DNA of 32,000 bases from Candidatus Lokiarchaeum ossiferum (GCA_025839675.1 CP104013.1:570001-602000), one strand, 5' to 3'. Positions 1 to 8,836 are shown, numbered from the stretch's first letter. Made by a program: numbers and translations. Notes: generated by a model from the sequence alone, not told the origin.

Positions 1-1
1 A

Positions 2-109
2 GAAAGTCATGGTAAAATCGTGATTGAAATGGATTTTTGTGATGGGCTATATAAACACCAGCCAGAATTAATTAAAAAAGAAGTGCAAAAGTTGAAACAA
101 TATTTATAA
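2..109 (+). CDS. 3' end of a gene that runs off the left edge (35 codons, ...KKEVQKLKQYL*). Function unknown.
   Basis: The frame is open from the window edge to TAA at 107-109. The next same-strand ATG (134) is only 24 nt downstream, so it may be an operon partner. No domain is recognisable. Confidence 0.35.
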   Translation, partial: ESHGKIVIEMDFCDGLYKHQPELIKKEVQKLKQYL

Positions 110-133
110 TTAATCAAAATAAATGAACGGAAT

Positions 134-1249
134 ATGACTGATGAACGAATAATTTGGCAAGAATCTGCTTGAGATAAAGATCGAAATTATATTAATATCT
201 GTTTAAAATATAATGTAATTTTAAATGGTCCGGGTCGATTTGGTCCTTGGCCAAAGTGTGAACCAGAACTTCGAGAATATGGAAGAGAAATAGGAATAGA
301 TAAGGGTCGAAAGGTAGAAGATTTACGCAGATTCGCAGAACAGATGAAGGAAGGAGATATTGTTTTATTACGTTTAGGCACCGATCAAATTCATGCGGTA
401 GGAATTGTTGTAGGAGATTATCGTTATAATGAGTTGTTCGCTGATGTAGATGGATGGGATATTCAACATGTTCGTCGAGTAAAATGGATCTGGCCAAATT
501 CAATATATGGTGAGAAAGTTAAAAAGTTTCCAACTTATTCTGCAAAAAGTGGAGATACAACTCAGTTGCTTGGAGAAAATAGCAAAAGAAAACCCATTTT
601 AGATTGGTTTAATGAATTGGAAATTAGTTTTGATGAAATAAATTTAAGTTTACCCCCTCTTCCAGAAATAGAAATCGATAATCGAAATATAACTTTAGAT
701 TTAATTGGAGAATTTCTTTTCGATAAAGGGGTATCTTATCAATCAATTGAAAATCTAAAACAAGTTATTGATGATCTTCAAATGATTGCTAAATGGTATG
801 ATGGAGATGCGAAACTAAAACCATCGGAATATGAAACAGAATGCTATCTAATCATACCTTTACTAAGAGCATTAGGTTGGACTCCCCAAAAAATGAAATT
901 AGAATATAGTCCTCCCAAACATCGAAAACGAATTGATATTGCTTTATTTACATATTTACCAAGAAATGAAGAAAACATTACTACAATTGTCGAAGCTAAA
1001 AAAAAAGGGAGATCTATATTCAGAGCATTTAATCAAGCAAAAAATTATGCAGATACGAATGTTAATATAAAAAAAATCATCGTTTCGGATGGAATACGAT
1101 ATGCTGTTTATTTCAAGAAAGAGAATAAATGGAAATTACATGCTTATTTAAATCTAATTCGATTTCAGATTGATTATCCTATTTATAATTGTTCAGGTAC
1201 ATTAGAAGCGTTATGGACTATGACACCAGAATGGAAAGAAGGTTTTTAA
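134..1249 (+). CDS. Putative Type IV (modification-dependent) restriction nuclease. An N-terminal PUA/EVE-like beta-barrel candidate is fused to a C-terminal HsdR_N-type PD-(D/E)xK nuclease domain. The gene is interrupted by an in-frame TGA at 170-172; the uninterrupted ATG ORF is 344-1249.
   Basis: The C-terminal region YETECYLIIPLLRALGWTPQ...RIDIALF...TIVEAKKKG...QAKNYA...IVSDGIRYAVY matches the D...(E/Q)xK core and overall pattern of the Type I R-subunit N-terminal (HSDR_N) fold. The N-terminal motif MKEGDIVLLRLG..IHAVGIVVGDYRY...HVRRVKW resembles PUA/EVE-like reader domains; this comes from memory of the pattern. The frame is open from 173 to 343 with protein-like sequence and no alternative start codon. 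Confidence 0.7.
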
Positions 1250-1255
1250 TTCAAT

Positions 1256-2215
1256 CTAATTGTCACTTTCACGCGCAGCGAGATATAGCTTCCATTTACT
1301 TTTTTTCTTATCAAATTTAGGATTAAAGATCGCCATCCCAGGGGTAAACTCAATTATGAGTGAATTGCTATTAGTTTTTTCATTTTCAATAGATTTTAGA
1401 TTTTTCTCGCATACTATTGATAAAACTTCAAATATTTCTTGAAGTTCGGATAACGAAAAGTAGGATGCATATTTTTCCTTTAATTTTTTTAATTTATTGG
1501 ATAAGGCGGAAGAATCGTTATTCTTTATGAAAACACATCCACCCAAGTCATTTTCCATAAATATTAAATTTTCATGGAGAGTTCGGTACGAATTCCCCCA
1601 AGATCTAGGTTTTATTACGGGATTTACATGTATATTGGAATTTTCTCGAATTTGTTTTTTATATCTTAATTTTCCATGAGGATCAATGATAACAGAGAAT
1701 TGTTCATCAATTGGTGAGAGAATTACTACCGAATGAGTATACACTTGAAGGAAAACATCATCAAATTCTCCTTGTTGTGTAATCTGATTCAATGTTTTAA
1801 TTGTATCATTTATCAGTCCAAAATTGAGTTTAATTTGTGAAACTTTACTTGAAATTTGGATAGGAGATTTATTCGTGCCGATTCCTATGGTATGCATGGC
1901 ATTCATGGCAAAATGAGGATTTATTACCGCCGGGAAATAGTTTTTCCAAAATTGTATAAAATTCGGAATATTCTGATTGATGTTCAAGTATTCAGGATTA
2001 ACCTCTATTAATTTAGTTTGAATTGTTTGTGAAAATTCTCGACGATTGAGACTTTTTGCTAAATTTTGAGAACTTTGACTTTTAAGAATTACAGATTTTG
2101 AACCATCCGCTTCTGAATTTGATCGATTTGTGATAATTATCGACTTTTTATTTGAGTCGGCAAGTTCTGGGTTAGAATCTTGCTGTAAATCTTCAGAGAT
2201 TTTCAATTCTTTCAC
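1256..2215 (-). CDS. Hypothetical protein, 319 aa, with a low-complexity Ser/Asn-rich N-terminus and no recognisable domain.
   Basis: This is a long ORF ending in TAG, convergent with the nuclease gene at 134-1249 with a 6 nt gap. It lies between restriction-type genes. Confidence 0.6.
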   Translation of the reverse strand: MKELKISEDLQQDSNPELADSNKKSIIITNRSNSEADGSKSVILKSQSSQNLAKSLNRREFSQTIQTKLIEVNPEYLNINQNIPNFIQFWKNYFPAVINPHFAMNAMHTIGIGTNKSPIQISSKVSQIKLNFGLINDTIKTLNQITQQGEFDDVFLQVYTHSVVILSPIDEQFSVIIDPHGKLRYKKQIRENSNIHVNPVIKPRSWGNSYRTLHENLIFMENDLGGCVFIKNNDSSALSNKLKKLKEKYASYFSLSELQEIFEVLSIVCEKNLKSIENEKTNSNSLIIEFTPGMAIFNPKFDKKKSKWKLYLAARESDN

Positions 2216-2806
2216 AATACTGATATTCTTTTTGATATTATATAAAAACCCATATTAATCTCTTCATAAACACAAAAAATTCATTTTTTCTAAAAGTGTG
2301 TTACAAGTGTAATACTTTTAGATGCACTCCCCCTCAAAGCCGCCCTTTGAATATCCAAGTAACATTGATTGTTAAATCAAGTAAAAAAGATTCAGGAATA
2401 AAAACTTATTGTCAATTGCATCCTTGTAAATGTACCAGATCATCAAAAAATCTAAATATATGTAGAATAATTCTATAGAAAATAAAGCATAATAATATGG
2501 ATATGATTGAATGCACAACAAATAGATTTTTTCATAGAAATATCATGTTAATGACAAAATTTAGTTTTAAAAAATTAAAAAGAGAATATTGTGAAGCTTT
2601 TTATGGAATCCCAATAAAATGTTAAAAGATGAAGGCAAAAATCTGGCATGCATGTATGATAGAAGGAAAATTCAGCCCCATTCTGCCTTTCACTGACAAA
2701 AAATTTTTCAACAAACAAGGAGCGCTTTACAATTTCTGCAAAAAATAACCCTAATTCAAATATAAGGATCGAAACACAATTCAGCCGGTTTTTCCAACAA
2801 ACTAGC

Positions 2807-3787
2807 ATGACATCTTCCTACAAACCGATCATCCTCAAAGCACTACTTCATAATGTGAAGAACAGCAAGGGGATTCATAAAAATAACATTATCCTAATCC
2901 CAATAGAGAACATTGTTGAATATTTTTTCAAGTTTAATTATGCTCTAATGAAACGTTATCGCTTGCAACAACTGAATAATCGGAAAAGCAATGTGGTAAT
3001 TTACAAAATAATTGACAAATTCTACGGGAATGAATCAGGATTAAAGACTCCCAAAAAGATAGCTTCTAAAGCTTTGAAGAAAACGCGAAACTTACTTTTT
3101 CGACATGTCTTATTTCTCTTAAGAGCCGATGCCCACATCTATGATTTTTTCACAGAAGATCAGAATAAAATGGATTTACCATCCCAAATAAAAAATGAAA
3201 GAGAATTTCAAGAACTTTTAAGGAAAACAAATTCAGAAATAAAAGATATTACCTACTTAGGGATAAATCGAGACATCCATAATTTTATGCTTCGGCAAGC
3301 ACCCATCCTCGAAAGTGCTCTACTCGCTTTACTGGTGCAATTTTTAGAAAAAGTGAATACGGTGCCGAATTTAAGCCAAAAATTGTTAGTAGCAACTGAA
3401 GAATATCACTTCCAACGGAATATTCCCGAAGGGGAAAAACAGCGTCTCTTTGAATATCAACAGGATATTTGTTTCTATTGTGGAAAAAAGGTTGACCCTC
3501 AGCAAGAAAAGATGCAAGCAGATCATTTCATCCCCTATACATATATTTTTGAATCTCAGATCTGGAATATTGTAGGAGCATGTCCTCAATGCAATTTGAA
3601 GAAATCCAATAGAATCACTCAAGAAACATACTTAGATAAAATAGTTTCTAGAAATCGAGATCCTGCATTTTCAGCTCAATTTTTTAAGCCGTATGATCAA
3701 TCCGAATCATCGATAAAAGCCCTAAATATCTTATTAGAAAATCTATACATGAGTTGTAGGATCTATTTCAAATCAATTGATCTCTAA
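2807..3787 (+). CDS. HNH endonuclease with an unassigned N-terminal domain of about 200 aa, possibly a DNA or modification reader.
   Basis: The C-terminal HNH motif is CFYCGKKV...ADHFIPYTYIFESQIWNIVGACPQCNLKKSNR (Cys pairs plus DH...N...N). The N-terminus starts with SYKPIILKALL, a motif I recall from N-domains of McrA-like HNH restriction proteins. That recollection is unverified. Confidence 0.8.
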   Translation: MTSSYKPIILKALLHNVKNSKGIHKNNIILIPIENIVEYFFKFNYALMKRYRLQQLNNRKSNVVIYKIIDKFYGNESGLKTPKKIASKALKKTRNLLFRHVLFLLRADAHIYDFFTEDQNKMDLPSQIKNEREFQELLRKTNSEIKDITYLGINRDIHNFMLRQAPILESALLALLVQFLEKVNTVPNLSQKLLVATEEYHFQRNIPEGEKQRLFEYQQDICFYCGKKVDPQQEKMQADHFIPYTYIFESQIWNIVGACPQCNLKKSNRITQETYLDKIVSRNRDPAFSAQFFKPYDQSESSIKALNILLENLYMSCRIYFKSIDL

Positions 3788-3918
3788 TATTTCTACAAAA
3801 TTGCTATTTATGATACACGCAAAAAATAAATATCTGAAGAAGACTGCAAGCGATTGATTTTGAATTTATTTCTCTTCTTACTCCTATCTGCCCAATTTTT
3901 TTGAAAAAAATTTATTTT

Positions 3919-4794
3919 CTACAATTCCAACTCAAAAGCTATTTCATTTTTATGATAATTGAGAAATTCTATCTTCAATTTATGATCATCTAAAACTGTA
4001 AGTAATTTTGGCTTAGTTATTCCCATTATCTTAAGATTTGAATCTATCCAAATCGCACCATTATCAAGTAAAACATGATGATTGGGACATAAACACAACA
4101 TATTATTTACTTCATCAGGACCATTATGAGGTTTCCCAAGAGGTTTAATATGAGCCGCTTCTGCATAAAATAAATTATCTCCCTTTAATTTTAATTGAAT
4201 ATTACAAATTTGACATTTGAAATCATATAATTCCTTAATTTCTCGAATATTCTTTAGTTTTCGTTTTATCCTTGAGGTTGTAACTATAGTTCTCCCTGGT
4301 ATGGAGATAGAAATATCTGATTCTTGAACAGGAGTATCATCTATTATTTCAAGATTATCCATTGCCTTATGTAATTCAAATCTCCAAATTATATAACCCG
4401 CTTTTCCTCTTTCATTCCAATAATTTTTGACATAATATAAACCATCATATCTATATCCTTTTCCTTTACCCAATGACCGAGTAACTCTTACCGGGAGCTC
4501 AAAGATCATAGATTTTGCAAGGGCAAGATTCTGTCGCTTTAATAATTGGTCCGCAATCTGTTTACCGGTATTTTCATCCCTACCACCATGTCCGGTATAG
4601 ATAATGATATCCCCATAATCTTCGTCATCCTCATATCCTCCAGAAATAACAATGGAATCTGCACCTTCAGATTGGGCACCGGTAATGCCAGCTCTTTTAT
4701 TCATGTGGATTTTTTTGTCATATAGAGCATCTCTACTTGAAAATTTAGTACCAACATCTATTCCAGGGATATGTCCAAATATTCTTTGAGTCAT
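3919..4794 (-). CDS. SRA(YDG)-HNH Type IV restriction endonuclease, expected to depend on 5-methylcytosine or 5-hydroxymethylcytosine.
   Basis: The N-terminal SRA/SAD pattern is FGHIPGIDVGTKF..R..L....IH......GI.G....GADSIVISGGYEDDEDYGD.IIYTGHGG...YRYDGLYYV. The C-terminal HNH is CQIC....AEAAHIKPLG..HNGPD...NMLCLCPNHHVLLDNG. Confidence 0.9.
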   Translation of the reverse strand: MTQRIFGHIPGIDVGTKFSSRDALYDKKIHMNKRAGITGAQSEGADSIVISGGYEDDEDYGDIIIYTGHGGRDENTGKQIADQLLKRQNLALAKSMIFELPVRVTRSLGKGKGYRYDGLYYVKNYWNERGKAGYIIWRFELHKAMDNLEIIDDTPVQESDISISIPGRTIVTTSRIKRKLKNIREIKELYDFKCQICNIQLKLKGDNLFYAEAAHIKPLGKPHNGPDEVNNMLCLCPNHHVLLDNGAIWIDSNLKIMGITKPKLLTVLDDHKLKIEFLNYHKNEIAFELEL

Positions 4795-5332
4795 TTTCTT
4801 TCAAAATTTTATTTTTCTTATCAGATAAATTATTATTATTCTTAATAAAATAAAAACTCCATTTTTACAAATAGATTGAAAAAAAAGTTTGAAAAAAGAT
4901 ATTCTTTTCCAGTGGTGATCATTCTTGCACTTATTGAGAATAGTAAAGAAGCACCTTCACAAATATTTGAGTAGTGATACAAACTTTCTTTTCTCTTTTT
5001 GAATTATGGTTTGTTTTGGAAAATTTATCAATTGTTTATTAATATTGAAATGGATAGAAGTTTCCTCGTTCCACCTATACTTGAATGGTTTCTAGTCAAT
5101 GAGGGGAAATAATAATCCACCAATAGATTCCAACAGTAAAAGAAGGTTCTTCTTCGAGATTCATATTTATATATTTATCTAAAGTGTCTGCTTCCCGAGA
5201 GAATCACTACCCTTATACTTAAGGAATGTATAATTTTAGAAAAATTCAACCTAATTAAGTTAAGCAAATGGAGATATTCCCATAGAAAAAGTAAGTTCAA
5301 CTTTAATTAATATACAGTTTCTTATTGATTAT

Positions 5333-5977
5333 ATGATAAAGATAGAAAACAAGAATAATGGAATTAAAGGATTTATTAGTTATCCAGAGAAAAAGAAGGG
5401 ATCTGGGATATTACTTTTGCATGCATGATGGGGATTGAATGATTTCATTAAAGATTTATCTCAAAGATTATCTGAAAAAGGATACTTGGTTTTTGCACCT
5501 GATCTATACAAGGGAAAAATCGCAGAGAGTATTGAAGAAGCAGAAAAATGCATAAATAGCATGGAAGAAGATGAAACCAAGCACATTTTGGCAGAATCAG
5601 TCGATTATCTCTTGAATATAACTAATCGATCCATAAGAGTCATAGGATTTTCTATGGGTGCAGGATGGGCGACTTGGATAGCAAATAATAAACCTGAAAG
5701 CATAGAAAAAGTTGTTTTATTTTACGGTACAGGAGAAATTGATTTTTCTAAAACTCATGCTTCCTTTTTATGCCATTTTGCAGAAAATGATCCTTATGAA
5801 GATCCTATGTATATAGATCAATTTAAAGAAGCGCTCAAGAAAGCAAATATTCAAGCTACACATTATCATTATCAAGGGACATATCACTGGTTTTTTGAAA
5901 CAAATCAGGTTGATTATTATAATAAGCAAGCTTCGGAATTAGCATGGAAAAGAACTCTGAAATTTTTAAATGACTAA
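5333..5977 (+). pseudogene. Dienelactone hydrolase (carboxymethylenebutenolidase) family alpha/beta hydrolase. It is interrupted by an in-frame TGA at 5426-5428. The uninterrupted part is 5435-5977.
   Basis: Reading from ATG 5333 gives MIKIENKNNGIKGFISYPEKKKGSGILLLHA[TGA]WGLNDFIKDLSQRLSEKGYLVFAPDLY. This matches the DLH N-terminal motif (vvvlHe/aWWGLn...la..GY.a.aPDLY), with the TGA at the first Trp. Downstream are the GFSMGAG nucleophile elbow and a C-terminal HWF motif. Confidence 0.8.
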
Positions 5978-6127
5978 AAAGTTCATTCAAAGAGAAGATA
6001 TATTTCATGCACATCCTTATGATTTATAACCAATTTTCTTCGAGAACTACCATTTTCGTATTAAAAAATATCTGAGACCCCGTTTTTGTGTCTTCATTTT
6101 GATGAAGTGATAAAAATGTGCACTTTT

Positions 6128-6301
6128 TTAAAGACCGGCGATTATTTGTATAAATACCATCTGGGAAGGATCTTCTTCAAAGTAAATCGGCGGTAATACA
6201 TCGACCCCGTAGAGTAAATGAAGGGTAAATGCTTCTTCCACCAAGAAAACAACCCCCTTTTCATTTATAGAGCCAAAAATGTGTGGAAAGATCCGAGTCA
6301 T
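6128..6301 (-). CDS. Small hypothetical ORF of 57 aa (MTRIFPHIFGSINEKGVVFLVEEAF...).
   Basis: An ATG-to-TAA ORF just under the track cutoff. Its 5' end lies inside the left direct repeat. A decayed copy of its first codons (..IFPHISGA..) lies at about 9740-9800 with the ATG lost. Confidence 0.3.
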   Translation of the reverse strand: MTRIFPHIFGSINEKGVVFLVEEAFTLHLLYGVDVLPPIYFEEDPSQMVFIQIIAGL

Positions 6302-6568
6302 TTTTTTAATTACATATTGGAAGACTCTTAATGAAAAAATTTAGTGGACTCCTCTGGGATTTTATCAAGATTTAGAGGAGGGCACTAAATTTTTTCATTT
6401 GTTCCACAAATTGAATTTTGTAGTTATCTGGGTCTAGCACATTGGAAAATTTTGTGTTGGGATTCGGCTGAAATGGTCTACTTTCAATGTTAGATCCATG
6501 TTTTTTAACAAATTCAAGCATTCGGTTTAGAGAATCTACCTCAAACCCTAAGGAGAAATGATCTTGGT
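6272..6568. repeat. Left copy of a diverged direct repeat of about 300 bp. Its partner is at 9783-10077.
   Basis: Aligned by eye. The block ttccacaaattgaattttgtagttatctgggtc.agcaca....aaaattttgtgttgggattcggctgaaatggtc.actttcaatgtt is near-identical in both copies, and the intergenic part is more diverged. Confidence 0.85.
6340..6389 (-). terminator. Imperfect hairpin at the 3' end of the VOC remnant, with arms tttagtggactcctct and agaggagggcactaaa.
   Basis: A 16 nt inverted repeat with 2 central mismatches and a 17-18 nt loop. The equivalent hairpin is present in the second repeat copy, followed by an oligo-T run on the transcribed strand. Confidence 0.3.
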
Positions 6569-6605
6569 ATAATTTTGGCAAATTTTTGGATTTCAACTCA
6601 TTCTG
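6372..6605 (-). pseudogene. Truncated glyoxalase/VOC-family gene remnant (C-terminal two-thirds only).
   Basis: The translation ..QNELKSKNLPKLYQDHFSLGFEVDSLNRMLEFVKKHGSNIESRPFQPNPNTKFSNVLDPDNYKIQFVE aligns with residues of about 50-118 of the intact 122 aa paralog at 9896-10264. The N-terminal beta-alpha-beta-beta-beta module is missing, and there is a stop immediately upstream at 6606-6608. Confidence 0.8.
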
Positions 6606-6693
6606 TTACTAATTTTGTATTGTGGGACATTTTTTGGTATAAGGATAGATTCTGAAAACACAGAAAGTATAAATAAAATAATAATTTATTTAC

Positions 6694-6728
6694 AATGACT
6701 GATAGTCATTAAATGAATCTTAGTCATA
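6694..6728. promoter_or_regulatory. Two tandem 17 bp palindromic sites, candidate TetR operators.
   Basis: AATGACT-gat-AGTCATT (6694-6710, perfect 7 bp arms) is followed after 1 nt by AATGAAT-ctt-AGTCATA (6712-28, imperfect). They lie 66-100 nt upstream of the TetR start at 6794. Confidence 0.5.
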
Positions 6729-6793
6729 AAATAACTATGAGTACTAAAAATCAAACTAATATCTATCGGTAATTTAGCAAGCATTCAATGTGA

Positions 6794-7444
6794 TTGGATA
6801 TGAAAAAAAACCTTACCAGAAGAGAACGTGAAAAAATCCAGCGTACTAATGAGATCCTCACTAGTGCGGAAAAATTATTTTTTAAGAAAGGATATGATGA
6901 TGTTTCCGTTGAAGAAATTGCGAAAGATGTGGAATTATCCAAAGGAACGATATATTTATACTTCAAAAATAAACAGTCCCTATATTTTGCAATAATCAAC
7001 AAAGGATTAGTTAAGTTACTTGAGGTATTTCAATCGGTAAGGAATCATGAAAAAACAGGTTATCTGCGCATTATGGGAATTGTGAAAGGATTTGCAGAAT
7101 ACATGCATGATTATGGAAAGTATTATAATCTAAACTATGCTCTTAAAGGGCAACAAATACTAGAAATGCTTGATAATAATATAATTGATAATGCAGATGA
7201 ATATAATTCATTAACTAGTGAATTATTTCAAATTTTGCAAGAATCAGTTGAATTAGGAATAAACGATGGAACATTGAGGCAAGATTTAGATCCAGTACAA
7301 ACTACAATACTTCTGGGATCGATAATCGAAGCGATTGTTCATATTCCTTATGAAAAACAAGTCCTTCTTAGTCATTTAAATGTAACTAAGGAAACATACA
7401 TCAAGCATTCAATTGATGTAATGATGCATGGTATAGCAAATTAA
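6794..7444 (+). CDS. TetR/AcrR family transcriptional regulator.
   Basis: The N-terminal HTH signature is ILTSAEKLFFKKGYDDVSVEEIAKDVELSKGTIYLYFKNKQSLYFAI, followed by a helical C-terminal ligand domain. Confidence 0.9.
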   Translation: MDMKKNLTRREREKIQRTNEILTSAEKLFFKKGYDDVSVEEIAKDVELSKGTIYLYFKNKQSLYFAIINKGLVKLLEVFQSVRNHEKTGYLRIMGIVKGFAEYMHDYGKYYNLNYALKGQQILEMLDNNIIDNADEYNSLTSELFQILQESVELGINDGTLRQDLDPVQTTILLGSIIEAIVHIPYEKQVLLSHLNVTKETYIKHSIDVMMHGIAN

Positions 7445-7525
7445 CGTAAAAATCGACAAATAACAATAGATGAGTCAATTACATAATGATTATTAAGTCA
7501 AATTAAAGACAGAAGTAGAACTAAC

Positions 7526-8095
7526 ATGAATCAACCAAAAATTCTTATTGTTTATGGATCTCGATATGGAGCAACAGCGGATAGTGCTAGCAGATTAGCC
7601 CACACATTCCGAAAGCATGATAAAGAGGTGACAATAGTCAATTTAGAAAAGGAAAAAGTTCCAATGATAACTAATTATAGATTAGTTGTATTAGGAACTG
7701 GAATAAAAATGGACAAGTGGAATCGAATGGCTGAAAAATTCCTTAAATTGCATCACAATGAATTAAAAAAGACCAAATTCGCTCTCTTCGTATCTTCTGG
7801 GTATTCAAGGATACTTATTCATAAAAATGATCAAGTAACTCTGGAAAAAAAAAGGAAGAAATACATCACAGATAAAATTCACAAATACAAGGTCGATCCA
7901 ATTGCTATGAATGTATTTGGAGGAATTTGGGATTATAATAAAATGTCTTCTTGGTTTCGAATGGTTATGACGCCTTTTAAAGAAGAATTAATCTGTGCAG
8001 GGATCACAGAAAATCCTCAAGGAACCTTTGATACTAGAGATTTTAATCGAATAGATCAGTGGAGTAAAGATTTACTCCAATTGGTCGATAAATAG
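7526..8095 (+). CDS. Flavodoxin-domain protein (HemG/flavodoxin_5-like).
   Basis: The N-terminus KILIVYGSRYGATADSASRLA is a typical flavodoxin FMN phosphate-binding loop context. The size is about 190 aa. Confidence 0.7.
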   Translation: MNQPKILIVYGSRYGATADSASRLAHTFRKHDKEVTIVNLEKEKVPMITNYRLVVLGTGIKMDKWNRMAEKFLKLHHNELKKTKFALFVSSGYSRILIHKNDQVTLEKKRKKYITDKIHKYKVDPIAMNVFGGIWDYNKMSSWFRMVMTPFKEELICAGITENPQGTFDTRDFNRIDQWSKDLLQLVDK

Positions 8096-8155
8096 AAAGC
8101 AAGTTGAACTTTTTTCAAAGTTATAAGAAATAATAAAAATGGAATATGGATTAAA

Positions 8156-8836
8156 ATGGAACAAGATTTAATAAGTGAAATAAAACCAACAATACTTAAT
8201 AAAACGACTAAGCTTATTACTCAAGTTGTAGGTATTTTTCTTGCATTCTCGAGTTTTGAGCATGGATTATTTGAGAGCTTGCAAGGTAATAAAAAAACCG
8301 AAGGGTTTATCATTCAATCAATTTCACAAGATATGCGATTTTGGGAAGGGGGGTCTGAAGAAGCATTTACAATAATTCCGAATTACCTTGTTACGGGGAT
8401 TTTGGTTATGATTTTGAGTCTTACGATCATAATTTGGCTGCTTTTCTTTTTAAATAACATCTATGGAACCAAGATTCTTGGGTTACTTTTTCTTCTCATA
8501 ACTTTAGTTGGTGGGGGAATAGGCTATATTCCAATAGTGATTTCATTATTAATTCACTCTTCTAAGATTAATAAACCCATAAAAGAGCAAAATATTAAAA
8601 TAAATTCAAAAATATGGCCTTTTACAATAGGTTTTGCAACCATAACATGGATAATTTTAATTGAAATTGCGATTTGGGGATATTTTCCAGGAGTGACTGG
8701 GCATGACGATCTAATGAATATCGTTTGGATATGCCTCTTATCGACATTCATTTTTGTGAATATCAGTTTCTTATCAGGATATTCTAAAGATAGAGAGAAT
8801 AATTTAGAATATACGAAATCCAATAGTAATAATTAG
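8156..8836 (+). CDS. Integral membrane protein of unknown function, with about 5 predicted TM helices.
   Basis: It has hydrophobic stretches such as LVTGILVMILSLTIIIWLLFF, ILGLLFLLITLVGGGIGYIPIVISLLI, FTIGFATITWIILIEIAIWGYF and IVWICLLSTFIFVNISFL. Confidence 0.65.
   Translation: MEQDLISEIKPTILNKTTKLITQVVGIFLAFSSFEHGLFESLQGNKKTEGFIIQSISQDMRFWEGGSEEAFTIIPNYLVTGILVMILSLTIIIWLLFFLNNIYGTKILGLLFLLITLVGGGIGYIPIVISLLIHSSKINKPIKEQNIKINSKIWPFTIGFATITWIILIEIAIWGYFPGVTGHDDLMNIVWICLLSTFIFVNISFLSGYSKDRENNLEYTKSNSNN

Noticed and set aside
192-503. Antisense or overlapping ORFs from the track: 187-381, 192-503, 1260-1442, 1497-1679, 3386-3622, 6763-7002, 8554-8823, 8976-9359, 9023-9268, 9794-10060, 9814-9996, 11180-11386, 13021-13326, 14935-15153, 15136-15381, 17230-17424, 18273-18467, 18299-18577, 19075-19269, 19454-19639, 19510-19740, 20553-20741, 20728-20919, 23468-23695, 24502-24699, 25642-25860, 27951-28148, 28049-28234, 30190-30384.
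   Set aside because: Each lies inside or opposite a longer ORF with clear domain content. They have odd composition (rich in Cys, His, Phe or Leu, as expected from antisense AT-rich codons) and no recognisable motifs.
2296-2808. Two intergenic ORFs (2296-2478 plus strand, 60 aa; 2575-2808 minus strand, 77 aa) between the unknown gene and the HNH gene.
   Set aside because: They have no motifs and unusual Cys/Phe-rich composition. They overlap the likely promoter region of the HNH gene, and they are barely above the length cutoff in AT-rich DNA.
170-5428. Selenocysteine as the explanation for the in-frame TGAs.
   Set aside because: The DLH TGA falls on a structural Trp position, not on a redox-active Cys or Sec site. 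Neither protein family is a known selenoprotein. I see no obvious SECIS-like stem-loop nearby, although that cannot be excluded by eye.
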